From Escherichia phage Mansfield: 64,000 nucleotides of DNA. The stretch lies in the sequence record MK903282.1; one strand, given 5' to 3'. Below, in pieces: positions 47,759-57,033 of this stretch. A program made the translations under genes and the position numbers. The number at the start of each line of letters is the position of its first letter. The stretch's first letter is position 1. Below the pieces are notes generated by a model. That model saw nothing but the letters and a program-made list of their open reading frames with translations. It searched no databases and was not told the origin of the DNA.

Positions 47759-48300
47759 TATTTACTCCAGATGTCATATACGCCAATTTGTTGGCAGACT
47801 TTGTGCAGTAATATTACGTCGTCTAATGCACGGTGTTTCTGTTCATATTTTCCGAAATATAATTCATACAACTCTTGAAGCTTAACTCTTCGGCCAAAAA
47901 TAGGCAAGGTTTGCTCGACTGTACAAATGTTTATTTCTGGAAAATTAACATCACCAAGTGTAAGACCTTCGCGCTGTAATGCATAGTCAAGAATGTTTTT
48001 ATCAAACGCATGGTTGTGCGCGATAGTTGCATCCGTCTTCTTGAATATTTCTTTTAGCTGCGGAACGAAATGAATAAATGGTGGATTGCACTCAAGGTCT
48101 TCGTTGGTTAATCCGGTAATCTTCGTGATGATTTCTTCAATCACAATTTCAGGATTAATTATGAACTCGAAGGTTTCAAGAATCTCTTTGCCATCCGTCA
48201 ACAGGCCTGCAAATTCAATAGGGCGCGGCTGCATTCCAAGCGGTGCTTTCGGGTGCACGGTTAATCCGGTTGTTTCGAAGTCATAAGGGAGAAATAACAC
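47758..48300 (-). CDS. dnaQ: DnaQ-like 3'-5' exonuclease
   Basis: Exo motifs DFETTG, HNHAFD, HRALDDV; start overlaps polymerase stop. Confidence 0.85.
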   Translation of the reverse strand: MLFLPYDFETTGLTVHPKAPLGMQPRPIEFAGLLTDGKEILETFEFIINPEIVIEEIITKITGLTNEDLECNPPFIHFVPQLKEIFKKTDATIAHNHAFDKNILDYALQREGLTLGDVNFPEINICTVEQTLPIFGRRVKLQELYELYFGKYEQKHRALDDVILLHKVCQQIGVYDIWSK

Positions 48301-48354
48301 ATTGGCCTCCTACAAAAAGGCCGCCCATTAGGACGGCCACAGATTCAAGATTCG

Positions 48355-48906
48355 TTATGCAGTGTACGGAGTACCGTCTTGATTCAACCGCACGATGAAC
48401 TTAAGGTCGACACCAATGATTTCACGAGTATCAAAGATCACATAGTTGTAACGACGCTGACCAGCAATATTTGGGTTGGTGTGAGAGTCAGTTACGACTT
48501 CCTGCGCAACCTGAATGCCTTCTTCTTTAAAGAACTTACGCCATTCAGCAAGTTCAGCGGCAGTCACATGCATACCAAGATGGCTGACCTGATTATCGTG
48601 CGCATCAAGCATGTCGATGTTTTCGTTGATCCAGTTGCAACCCATTGTGTAGTCAAGGATTTCAAGCTCAAGAGGCTTACCAGCGCCGCCATCGGTGCCG
48701 TTGCCAGCCTGATAGTTGAATCGCAAGTCAGCTTCGTTGGTGCAATCGTCGCGACGACCTTTAAATTCGTCATTTTCAAATACGCGACCAGTAGCAACAA
48801 CATGATCATGGAACCATTCTGTCAGGCCGATTTTAGCCAGAAAATCCTGTGCACGCTTAGCATCTGGAATTGACAGGGCGATTTGTTCAATTTTAAAGTG
48901 TGGCAT
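48355..48906 (-). CDS. hypothetical protein, possibly VOC/glyoxalase-like
   Basis: 183 aa; assignment by eye only. Confidence 0.4.
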   Translation of the reverse strand: MPHFKIEQIALSIPDAKRAQDFLAKIGLTEWFHDHVVATGRVFENDEFKGRRDDCTNEADLRFNYQAGNGTDGGAGKPLELEILDYTMGCNWINENIDMLDAHDNQVSHLGMHVTAAELAEWRKFFKEEGIQVAQEVVTDSHTNPNIAGQRRYNYVIFDTREIIGVDLKFIVRLNQDGTPYTA

Positions 48907-48926
48907 TTTGTTTCCTTAATTAAATA

Positions 48927-49142
48927 TTATTGATTAATTACTGTGTTGTCTTCGTCCTGTTGCTTTTCAGGAGCGGGTGTGACAATTTCAAATTTAGGTT
49001 TGGGTAATTCACCTTTAGCGCCTGGGACTTCAACGACAATCTTTTTGTCAGACTCAACAGGATTTGGAACTTCAAATTTGGTTGTGTATCCTAATACAAC
49101 AAGAAGCACTAAACCGATTACCGCTACCCAGGCTTTGTTCAT
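48927..49142 (-). CDS. small secreted or membrane-anchored protein (71 aa)
   Basis: N-terminal hydrophobic segment MNKAWVAVIGLVLLVVLGY. Confidence 0.4.
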   Translation of the reverse strand: MNKAWVAVIGLVLLVVLGYTTKFEVPNPVESDKKIVVEVPGAKGELPKPKFEIVTPAPEKQQDEDNTVINQ

Positions 49143-49145
49143 GAT

Positions 49146-49829
49146 TTATTTCCCAAATGGAATATCAGTACCAGACATAAAGCGCCATGCGCCCGTAATT
49201 AAGATATGGCGAATGAAGTCAGCAATTACTTGCGGCTCAGTCTCCAATCCATTCATCAACGCCTTTTTCTGGTATTCAGCAGCATACTCAGGAGTCCAGC
49301 CGCGAGTCGCACAAACAGCATCTTCAATCTGTTTAGACATGCCAGTGCCGCGCAACTTGTTAGGACTAATAGAGAATACCGTAATCCCGTATTTAGGCGT
49401 AAGTTCGTGGGCCATCTGCTTACTGATCATAAGTGCAGCGGCCTTGGAAGCATTATAACACAAGCTGGACGTCATAGGAATATGCGCAGCGTTGGAAACG
49501 ATATTGATCACAAAACCTTTGTTGTCGATAAGACTTTTCAGTGCAGCCTGAGTCGTGTTAACGAAAGAGAAGGCGTTGGTATGCATAACGCGGTTAAATT
49601 CTTCGTAGTTGACATCTTCAAACCAGTTGTTGGAGTTGACGCCAGCACAGTTGATCAAGCCTTCCACGTCGTATTGAGAGAGAAGCTCTTTCATTTGTTT
49701 CGCGTTACGGATGTCATAACCGTTGTCCAAATCAATACCGACGACTTCATGACCGTAAGCACCAAGGGTGTCAAAAATTGATTTACCAAGACCGGAATTG
49801 CAGCCAGTTACAACAATTACTTTTTTCAT
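49146..49829 (-). CDS. short-chain dehydrogenase/reductase (SDR)
   Basis: Cofactor motif TGCNSGLG and catalytic YNASK. Confidence 0.8.
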   Translation of the reverse strand: MKKVIVVTGCNSGLGKSIFDTLGAYGHEVVGIDLDNGYDIRNAKQMKELLSQYDVEGLINCAGVNSNNWFEDVNYEEFNRVMHTNAFSFVNTTQAALKSLIDNKGFVINIVSNAAHIPMTSSLCYNASKAAALMISKQMAHELTPKYGITVFSISPNKLRGTGMSKQIEDAVCATRGWTPEYAAEYQKKALMNGLETEPQVIADFIRHILITGAWRFMSGTDIPFGK

Positions 49830-49895
49830 TTATTTATCCTTTTTTGGACTTCGTTTCGATGAGATAAATATAACTCATCGAAACGCACAAGTAAA

Positions 49896-50768
49896 CTATT
49901 TATTGAAATTAATATTATGGGTGTTGACGAGACGTTCACACATGGCGCTGTAAACACCATCATCGTGTATAGAGTCTTCGTGCTTCAGGCCGCTAATTGC
50001 GAAGCGTGTAAGCTTGACAATCTTAAGCTCGAAAAGGTGCCACATGTGATAGTCTTCCGGCGTTTTCAACGTCACGCCATTAGGGAAAAGTACCTGCATA
50101 ACCTGACCTACCATCACAGCGTTATCGCCATATACGGCGTTGCGTTCACGGAAAGTCGCGGCCATCGCATCAAGAATATCGGCGGCGGTTGCCGGAGATT
50201 GTTCAATTTCCACAGCCTTATTCTCTTCTTGCCCCGTTGCGCTTGGATCAATTGCTAATTGTTGCACCACTTCACCTGCCTTGCAAAGATTAAATGTAAA
50301 GGCGATTTTATTTTGTGCCATGGAATTATAATCCATAGCTTCCTTACGCATTGCCGCGAGAATGTCTTGTCTGTCATCAAATACGTTGATGATTCGATAA
50401 TCGCCATGCCGCAACACATACTGCAACCACTTTGATTTGATGGTCATTGACGGACGTTTGTCACCATCGTCTCTCATCTTGATGATAAATTCATCGAAAG
50501 GAAAAACATTGTCAAGACGTTCAAAGGTTGCTTGTCTGTATTTTTTTGGTCTTGCCGTCCAATATTCAACCGACTCACCGCGAAGAGTTGCAGACTCTAC
50601 TGATGATGCGATGTCAGGATAGAACTGATCATAACCAATGCCGCTGTGATAATCATCATAGTCTGACAACGGGCCTGCCACCTTGATGCGGTCTAAGCGC
50701 CAACGGTCATCAAACAGCGTTCCGTCAAGGTCGAATGCGTTTAAGATTTGGTGACTTTTAATGCTCAT
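49896..50768 (-). CDS. HAD-superfamily phosphatase fused to a C-terminal domain of unknown function
   Basis: Motif I FDLDGTL, later VFDDRQD; C-terminal ~140 aa unassigned. Confidence 0.6.
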   Translation of the reverse strand: MSIKSHQILNAFDLDGTLFDDRWRLDRIKVAGPLSDYDDYHSGIGYDQFYPDIASSVESATLRGESVEYWTARPKKYRQATFERLDNVFPFDEFIIKMRDDGDKRPSMTIKSKWLQYVLRHGDYRIINVFDDRQDILAAMRKEAMDYNSMAQNKIAFTFNLCKAGEVVQQLAIDPSATGQEENKAVEIEQSPATAADILDAMAATFRERNAVYGDNAVMVGQVMQVLFPNGVTLKTPEDYHMWHLFELKIVKLTRFAISGLKHEDSIHDDGVYSAMCERLVNTHNINFNK

Positions 50769-51568
50769 CCTTTTGACACTCCATCTTTAGCCACTGGATT
50801 GTTGGTGATTGGCATTGCATTCCAAAACTGGATGCGTAATTCTTCTTGCTGTGCAGTTGTATCCATCCAATCACGATACCAAGGGCAATGGGCTTTGCCA
50901 TGACGAGGAAACGCGCATTTACCCATACCGATGCATTGCGGCTGTAGTAAAGGATTAGCCCACGGGTGCACCTTGAGGACTTCCGCAACCATTGCGCGAA
51001 ATACTTCTTGATACTCGCCTTGTGTGCGCGTGCACAAGCGGTTTGACGCCATCTGCTGCAGCGTGCGCAAGTTGAACTTTGCCATGATATGCGTTTGCAT
51101 ATTAGAAGGCAAAACGGCACGTGCATCTTGAATCTCTGCGCCAGCCGCGCGAAGTTCTTGGTATAGGGCGTCAATGGTCGCCATTGCATCATCCCACTTC
51201 TCTGCCAGTGCAGCAGCCTTCTCGTCATGGCGAGTCCAGCCCTTTGGATCATCCTCTGGGTAAGTAAATTTGGCAGGACGAATCGCATCAAAAGCAGAAG
51301 ATTCCTGAGCGCGGCTTGTGCGTTCTTGATATGCGCCTGTGCGTGTGCGTACCATCTGATGAGTCATATTCTTTGATACATCAGTAATGTCAAAGATATA
51401 GTCCACAAAGTCAAAAGGTGACTTGATTGTATCAAGCATGTAGCGCCAGTGCTCTTGCTTCTCTGATTCCGTCATTTCAGAGACAGGCTTGCCAGTCATG
51501 CGCGTGTTCTTTGTTTCCAGCAAAAGGTCAAGTGCATCTTGGGTGTATCGAATTAATTCAACTTTCAT
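50765..51568 (-). CDS. thyX: flavin-dependent thymidylate synthase (ThyX)-like, altered signature
   Basis: ThyX-type blocks ...FDFVDYIFDITDVSKNMTHQMVRTR...ERTSR and RAVLPSNMQTHIMAKFNLRTLQQMASNR; canonical RHR reads RTR. Confidence 0.7.
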   Translation of the reverse strand: MKVELIRYTQDALDLLLETKNTRMTGKPVSEMTESEKQEHWRYMLDTIKSPFDFVDYIFDITDVSKNMTHQMVRTRTGAYQERTSRAQESSAFDAIRPAKFTYPEDDPKGWTRHDEKAAALAEKWDDAMATIDALYQELRAAGAEIQDARAVLPSNMQTHIMAKFNLRTLQQMASNRLCTRTQGEYQEVFRAMVAEVLKVHPWANPLLQPQCIGMGKCAFPRHGKAHCPWYRDWMDTTAQQEELRIQFWNAMPITNNPVAKDGVSKG

Positions 51569-51581
51569 TTTAATTATCCTA

Positions 51582-52028
51582 TTAACGGTAATTCACTAAT
51601 TGTTGATCACCAGAGAAGGTGCAATGATAAACGAATTGTGCGTTGTAAAGCAATTGAAAACTTTTCTTTGGTTCATTATTAGCACTCATCGATGTGAATA
51701 CTTCTGCACCGGAACGGTTTTCACCAATCAGATTGATAAAGCCGCCAGTTGAACGAGGTTGAACGAAAGTGAAACGTTGCATCCACGGAGTACGGTTGGC
51801 ACCTTTCCCTGTGAATCCCTGAATCTGAATATTCAGACCTTCTTGCTCGTTAACACCGATGTAAGTGGTAATCGTTGCACCAGTTGTCGCTGCGGTCTTA
51901 CCGTCCATCGCTTCACAATCGTAAACAGCGATTGAATCGGAAGTACGGACGGCAGCTTCAGTCGCTTCCATATACATGGTGCCGAGAATAGCAGTTGCGG
52001 CAAGCGCGATTCCAGTGATTCGTTTCAT
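51582..52028 (-). CDS. secreted protein of unknown function (148 aa)
   Basis: Signal peptide MKRITGIALAATAILGTMYMEATEA. Confidence 0.5.
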   Translation of the reverse strand: MKRITGIALAATAILGTMYMEATEAAVRTSDSIAVYDCEAMDGKTAATTGATITTYIGVNEQEGLNIQIQGFTGKGANRTPWMQRFTFVQPRSTGGFINLIGENRSGAEVFTSMSANNEPKKSFQLLYNAQFVYHCTFSGDQQLVNYR

Positions 52029-52093
52029 TTTCGTTTCCTCTATGAGTTCTGCTTCAATGATTAAAGTATACGCCCATTGAAGCAGAAAGCAAA

Positions 52094-53089
52094 TTATTTA
52101 TTAGCAATATAAGCAAATTTTTGATAGTTATTTGCTTTGATGAGTTTTTCAACTTCAGCAAGGTCATGAGCGACGTCATCAAGCAAAATGTTGCGCCAGG
52201 TAGCAAATCGACCGACACTAAACACATTCAAATCCATAGTCAGCTGCAGGAGTAGGGCGTGTCGCAAGTCCTTCGGAATGTCGACAATCTTGCCATATTT
52301 CTGGTCGACCTTTTCAACTTCTTCAAGAGCAATGTCACTCCATGAGAGGCCAAAGGCTGTCAACACTTCGTCGACTTCTGCGCGCAACTTCATGTCACGG
52401 TAACGAGTGATGCCGCCAGCGGCTTCAACTGCAGCTGCACTTACGCTGACCAAAGGAATAGTTTCAATGATAAGCGTGTCACCAGTGATTGATGCGCGGT
52501 AAGTTCTGACGGAGTAGTCAGGGAAGTAAATCGTCTGATACAACTCGCACTTACGTTTAATCTTAAAGCGATAAACACGAATATTTGCCTTATCAAATGA
52601 GAAATCAAGCTTTTGATCAATCCCAGCCAGCTTCATCATGACTGGCAGCGGCGACGTGTTGATGATTGGCGTCTCGCTATAGCCGCAAAGAGTATCAACC
52701 GGAGTATTAAAGAATATGCGGTCACCCAGTTTGTCGACAAGCTGATCATAAAAGTCATCAGGTGCAATATAACGCGTTGCAGTTTTAAGCTTCATAATTG
52801 AACGGCTGCCAAACTGATTGGTGACCTTCATGGAATACATATTGGCAAGGTTGATTGGGCAATGGTCGTGGTAGTAGTTGCCGCGAAAATACACAGCCTT
52901 GTCAACTGTCACGGCCTTGAAAGGGATTCCGGTAATACGGCTTACTTCTTCGCCGCGAAAGCGTAGAAGCGCCTTGTGCTGTTGCGCTCGTTCCCCTGCT
53001 TCGTACACAATAGAGTTCGGGAAGTGACACGCTGTGATAAGTCCTGCCAGTCCGCCGCCGATAATCATTACAGGTTGTTTCATGTTCAT
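52094..53089 (-). CDS. FAD/NAD(P)-binding Rossmann-fold protein
   Basis: N-terminal VMIIGGGLAGL dinucleotide-binding motif; C-terminal GRFATW resembles amine-oxidase/UGM-type flavoenzymes. Confidence 0.6.
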   Translation of the reverse strand: MNMKQPVMIIGGGLAGLITACHFPNSIVYEAGERAQQHKALLRFRGEEVSRITGIPFKAVTVDKAVYFRGNYYHDHCPINLANMYSMKVTNQFGSRSIMKLKTATRYIAPDDFYDQLVDKLGDRIFFNTPVDTLCGYSETPIINTSPLPVMMKLAGIDQKLDFSFDKANIRVYRFKIKRKCELYQTIYFPDYSVRTYRASITGDTLIIETIPLVSVSAAAVEAAGGITRYRDMKLRAEVDEVLTAFGLSWSDIALEEVEKVDQKYGKIVDIPKDLRHALLLQLTMDLNVFSVGRFATWRNILLDDVAHDLAEVEKLIKANNYQKFAYIANK

Positions 53090-53167
53090 TTGTCCTTTGT
53101 GGGTGATATGAGAAGTATAATAGCTAAATTATTTTACAGCAACAAGTCATTTTATTTAGTACAGATG

Positions 53168-53195
53168 AAAAAAAGACCCACAACAAGTGTGGGTC
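53168..53195 (-). terminator. rho-independent terminator (minus strand)
   Basis: GACCCACA / TGTGGGTC 8-bp stem, 5-nt loop, followed on the minus strand by T7. Confidence 0.7.
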
Positions 53196-53222
53196 AATTA
53201 CCGCTGCATAACCGTCCTAAGG

Positions 53223-54068
53223 TTATTCCGCTTGATCACCGTCTTCGGCATCTTCGTTGGATTCAACATCGACAAACTCGATGTGACCCATCTCTTCCAG
53301 CTTGCTCAGGTAGGAGCGAACTGAAGCGCCAAACAGTTGATCTTTAACTTTTTCGCCCAGCTCATCGATAGACTGTGCCACGCCAACTTCGCCTTCTTTG
53401 ATCGCCGCCAGAACGCGTCCACGGGTGGAATGCTCTTGCGGCTGACTCAGGCCATTGCCAGTGTAGATGAAGTGAGTAGCTTTTGCACGACGCTGACCAT
53501 TGGCCTTTTTGGCAGCCTTACGTTCTGCGATGGCTTTGCGACGTTCTTCAGCTTCTTGCTTACGCTGTTCTTTCTGCTGTTCTGCAGCTTCTTTCGCCGC
53601 AATCTTAGCAGCTTCACGCTCTGCCTTGCGTTTCGCTTTGGCTTCTTCTTTGGCCTTCTCTTTTTCGGCCTTCGCTGCAGCACGGGCTTGATCACGCTCT
53701 GCTTTCTTAGCAGCAGCTTGTTCAGCTTTCAGGCGCTTGGCTTCTTCTTTAGCCTTTGCCTTTTCGATTTCTTTCGCTGCTTTAGCGGCTTCACGCTCTG
53801 CTTTCTTAGCAGCAGCCTTTTCTGCACGCTCTTTGGCCTTCTTGGCTGCTTCTTCAGCACGCTTCTGAGCCTTCTCATCAGCAGCCTGCTTGCGTTTCAG
53901 GGCAGCTTCTTCACGCTTGGCTTGTTTTTCCTGCTCACGCTTCTGGCGTTTTTCTTCGGCTTCTTTCTTTTTAGCCAGACGTTTTTCTTCAGCCACGCGA
54001 CGACGTTCTGCTGCAGCTGCTTGTTTTTCTTCTTTAGATAATACTTTGATTGCTTCGGCCATGTTCAC
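53223..54068 (-). CDS. Lys/Ala/Glu-rich low-complexity protein with globular acidic C-terminus
   Basis: About 200 aa of KAE-type charged helix repeats then ~80 aa non-repetitive acidic tail; the antisense ORF 53337..54041 is a composition artefact. Confidence 0.6.
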   Translation of the reverse strand: MNMAEAIKVLSKEEKQAAAAERRRVAEEKRLAKKKEAEEKRQKREQEKQAKREEAALKRKQAADEKAQKRAEEAAKKAKERAEKAAAKKAEREAAKAAKEIEKAKAKEEAKRLKAEQAAAKKAERDQARAAAKAEKEKAKEEAKAKRKAEREAAKIAAKEAAEQQKEQRKQEAEERRKAIAERKAAKKANGQRRAKATHFIYTGNGLSQPQEHSTRGRVLAAIKEGEVGVAQSIDELGEKVKDQLFGASVRSYLSKLEEMGHIEFVDVESNEDAEDGDQAE

Positions 54069-54221
54069 AGTCCTTAAATAAATTAGTTTATTTTATATTC
54101 CCCGTTTGGGATAACTTAATTATGCCTTCAGTCGCCGCCAGTAGCAACTAAAAACTCTGGCGGCAATGCCACTTTAATTAAACTGATTTTCAGTTTTATT
54201 TTTCGTAAATTTACGTCAACA

Positions 54222-55406
54222 TTAACGCGCTTTCAAATCACGGTACACGGTCAGATTCTTTTTAGCGCGGGTAATAGCGGTGTACATCATCTTTGCATAC
54301 GGAACGCCGCGCAGGATTTCTTCCAACACGCACACATTGTCCCACTCGCTGCCTTGCGATTTGTGCACCGTTATGACATAGCCATAGTCCATGCCTCCAA
54401 CGGCTCGTTGGGCCTCTTTGCGCACTTCCTGATCAGTAGAGAAGGAAAGAGGATTTATCTTCACCTTTATATCTTTGCCATCGGTAAGCGAGCGCAAGTT
54501 GACATACATGATTTCATTAGACTCGTCTTCATCCCTTTCAAAGTCCGGCACTGGCTCATAACTAATAACAATCCCTTGCTCGCCATTACAGAATCCTGGA
54601 CCGTGTTGGTTGAATGTGCAAATAACTTTCTCTCCGATTCCTGGCATCGGCGTTATACGTCCGCTCACTTGCCGCAATAATGAATTCCATTTATCTTTGG
54701 TGCTATTATATGAGCAAATAATTTGATCATCTTCGCCCATGAATTTCTTCAACGCAGTAACGCGCGGCGATTCAGCCAACACCTTGACATCATCGTATTC
54801 GCGCGGAGGAAGTCGGTTGCCCTGTCGCACGAAGAAGGAAGCGCGGATGATGTTGGACTCTTTCCCTTGCCGCATGATTTCGGTTAACAGTACGTCAACG
54901 GCATCTTCAGTAAAGTAGGCGGCGGCTTTTACCGGAGGGACTTGTCCAATGTCGCCTAATGCCAGAACAGGGATGCGGTGATCAAGAAGGCGCTCTGTGT
55001 CCCACTCGCCAACCATTGAAGCTTCATCAAGGACGACAAGATGCGGCCTTTCATCAAGCGTTGACTTCCTTGCAAAGATTGGTTCATTGTCATCGTTAAC
55101 GCCGCGCACGTTATAGATGAACTGGTGAAGGGTCTTAGCGCCACGACACCCTTTCTGCTTCAATCGGCTGGCGGCCTTTCCGGTCGGCGCAATATAAATG
55201 GCACCGTACTCACCGACACAACGGCGCACAATCTCACGCGCAATAGAGGTTTTACCTGTTCCTGCATAGCCAGCGATGAAAAACACGCGCTTCGTTGTTT
55301 TGCCGTCCTGCAATCGCTTGTACCATGCAACGGCCTTTTCGATGGCGTCAATCTGTTGCGCGTTAAACTGAATCACTGGCTCATCATTAAATTCTGGAAT
55401 GTTCAT
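54222..55406 (-). CDS. dda: SF1B helicase (Dda/RecD-like)
   Basis: Walker A GYAGTGKT, Walker B VVLDEASMV, C-terminal VITVHKSQGSEWD. Confidence 0.85.
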   Translation of the reverse strand: MNIPEFNDEPVIQFNAQQIDAIEKAVAWYKRLQDGKTTKRVFFIAGYAGTGKTSIAREIVRRCVGEYGAIYIAPTGKAASRLKQKGCRGAKTLHQFIYNVRGVNDDNEPIFARKSTLDERPHLVVLDEASMVGEWDTERLLDHRIPVLALGDIGQVPPVKAAAYFTEDAVDVLLTEIMRQGKESNIIRASFFVRQGNRLPPREYDDVKVLAESPRVTALKKFMGEDDQIICSYNSTKDKWNSLLRQVSGRITPMPGIGEKVICTFNQHGPGFCNGEQGIVISYEPVPDFERDEDESNEIMYVNLRSLTDGKDIKVKINPLSFSTDQEVRKEAQRAVGGMDYGYVITVHKSQGSEWDNVCVLEEILRGVPYAKMMYTAITRAKKNLTVYRDLKAR

Positions 55407-55732
55407 TATAACTCCACTACGCTTTCAAGGTCCAGATATACTGGAATAAAATGGCAATCTTCTTTTCGTTCAAACATCTCACCGTCAACATGACTGAAGA
55501 AAACAGTTGTGTTTGGTATCTTCCACCCTTGCTCGCCGCGCACTAGGTATGCCATGGATTCAACAGGGATGTAAAGCGATACCGGATTTGCGGCAAAGAT
55601 GAATTTGATTCTGTCTGGTTGACCAAGGAATCGCATAATTGTAAGACTTGAATTCAGTCTTGTATTAAGGAAGGACTCAACGATGCCGACGTGTGTTGCA
55701 CGTTCGCGTTGCTTCGTATCTTTTTCGTTCAT
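55406..55732 (-). CDS. hypothetical protein (108 aa)
   Basis: First gene of the minus-strand operon. Confidence 0.45.
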   Translation of the reverse strand: MNEKDTKQRERATHVGIVESFLNTRLNSSLTIMRFLGQPDRIKFIFAANPVSLYIPVESMAYLVRGEQGWKIPNTTVFFSHVDGEMFERKEDCHFIPVYLDLESVVEL

Positions 55733-55835
55733 TTCAGGCGACCTTTGTTAGTGCGGAAATATTTTCTGATAGTATAATTGCAGATATAGTATAAAGCAAA
55801 GTAAATCGAAATTGTGAACTAAATGGTAAATATTG

Positions 55836-55863
55836 TTGACTTTGTATCACTCAATATTATACT
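55836..55863 (+). promoter_or_regulatory. sigma70-like promoter TTGACT-N16-TATACT
   Basis: In the divergent intergenic region; a mirrored TTGCTT/TATACT pair is readable on the minus strand at about 55770-55800. Confidence 0.5.
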
Positions 55864-55892
55864 GCAGGTATTGATCACCGAAGGAAAGAAAG

Positions 55893-56975
55893 ATGGCTAG
55901 TTTAAGAGAAGAAGCAAAAATAATCGAAGAGTTTTTGACAGAACTCCAAAGAGGCATTCCAGAAGATGAACGCGTCATGACCGTGTTTGCGCCTGAAGCA
56001 ACGGTGCAGACCGACGAGCGCGGCAAAAAGATTAACAGCAGCTTCTGGCCTAAGCCTTGGAAGCTTGGCAAGCCGCTGATGCAACATCAGAACGGTTACG
56101 CCTGCATAAGTTCAATGCGTAAGTCTCCCAACCCAAAGACAGGCGAGATGCGATACTGGCGCACGGAATCGGCTTTCGGTCATGGCATGGCGATGATGGT
56201 CGACGACATCGGTCACGGTAAAGGGTCCAAAGGCGATTTAGATTTAGAGTTCTTTTTCGAGAGTCTGAAGCCAACCGTCATTGTTGAGACTTCACCGAAC
56301 AACCACCAGCTGTGGTATTTCTTTAAAGACCCGATTGACCATCTTATCCAGTTCAAAGCATTCCTTGGGTCTTTCGTAAACATGGTACTCAAGAAGGGCG
56401 GCGACAACACGATTAAAGACGTGACGCGCGTGGGCCGTGTTCCTGGTTGCATCAACAACAAGCGTGTGACTCACGACGGCCCTTACAAATATGTCGATGA
56501 GAACGGCGACCCGTTCCGCTGCCGACTTGTCCATGCAGACTATTCTTTGCGATACACAATCGAAGAGATTTGCCAAGCCTTCGGTTTCCACGTCGTTATG
56601 CCGCAAAAGCGTGAAATTCAAATCGACGTTGACGAATACAAATATGATGCTGTTTGGTATAAAATAGCCCAGCAAATCCTTGCTCGCAATAAGATGGGTG
56701 AAGGGTCCGATGGCGATGTTGTTGAAAACATGTCAGGTAAATGCCGCATCATCTGCCCTTGGGGTGAAGAGCACACCAACGGCGACCCATATGGCGCTTA
56801 CTTTCGCGGCCCAATCCCTGGCGCTGAACATGAATTCGTTTTCGGTTGCGCTCACGACTGTCACCGGAAAGGTGAAGGTAAGAAAGGCTGGACAGCTTTT
56901 GTTGAAGCAGTAGTCATGCCTTATATTGAGAATCAACTTGATATGATAAATCGTCGCGCAGGTGGCATAAAATAG
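55893..56975 (+). CDS. primase-polymerase (AEP/prim-pol-like) with C-terminal zinc ribbon
   Basis: AEP-like motifs MVDDIG, SPNNHQLWYF, RVPGCINNK; Cys/His cluster CPWGEEH...CAHDCH. Confidence 0.6.
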   Translation: MASLREEAKIIEEFLTELQRGIPEDERVMTVFAPEATVQTDERGKKINSSFWPKPWKLGKPLMQHQNGYACISSMRKSPNPKTGEMRYWRTESAFGHGMAMMVDDIGHGKGSKGDLDLEFFFESLKPTVIVETSPNNHQLWYFFKDPIDHLIQFKAFLGSFVNMVLKKGGDNTIKDVTRVGRVPGCINNKRVTHDGPYKYVDENGDPFRCRLVHADYSLRYTIEEICQAFGFHVVMPQKREIQIDVDEYKYDAVWYKIAQQILARNKMGEGSDGDVVENMSGKCRIICPWGEEHTNGDPYGAYFRGPIPGAEHEFVFGCAHDCHRKGEGKKGWTAFVEAVVMPYIENQLDMINRRAGGIK

Positions 56976-57033
56976 TTTGCTTTTATTTTTCTAGCAACTA
57001 TAATCATTTTATGAACTGAAGCAGAGGTGATTT

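Noticed and set aside
53337-54041. 234-aa plus-strand ORF
   Set aside because: Antisense to the KAE-repeat gene; its Phe/Leu/Ser-rich translation is the mirror of a low-complexity coding region.
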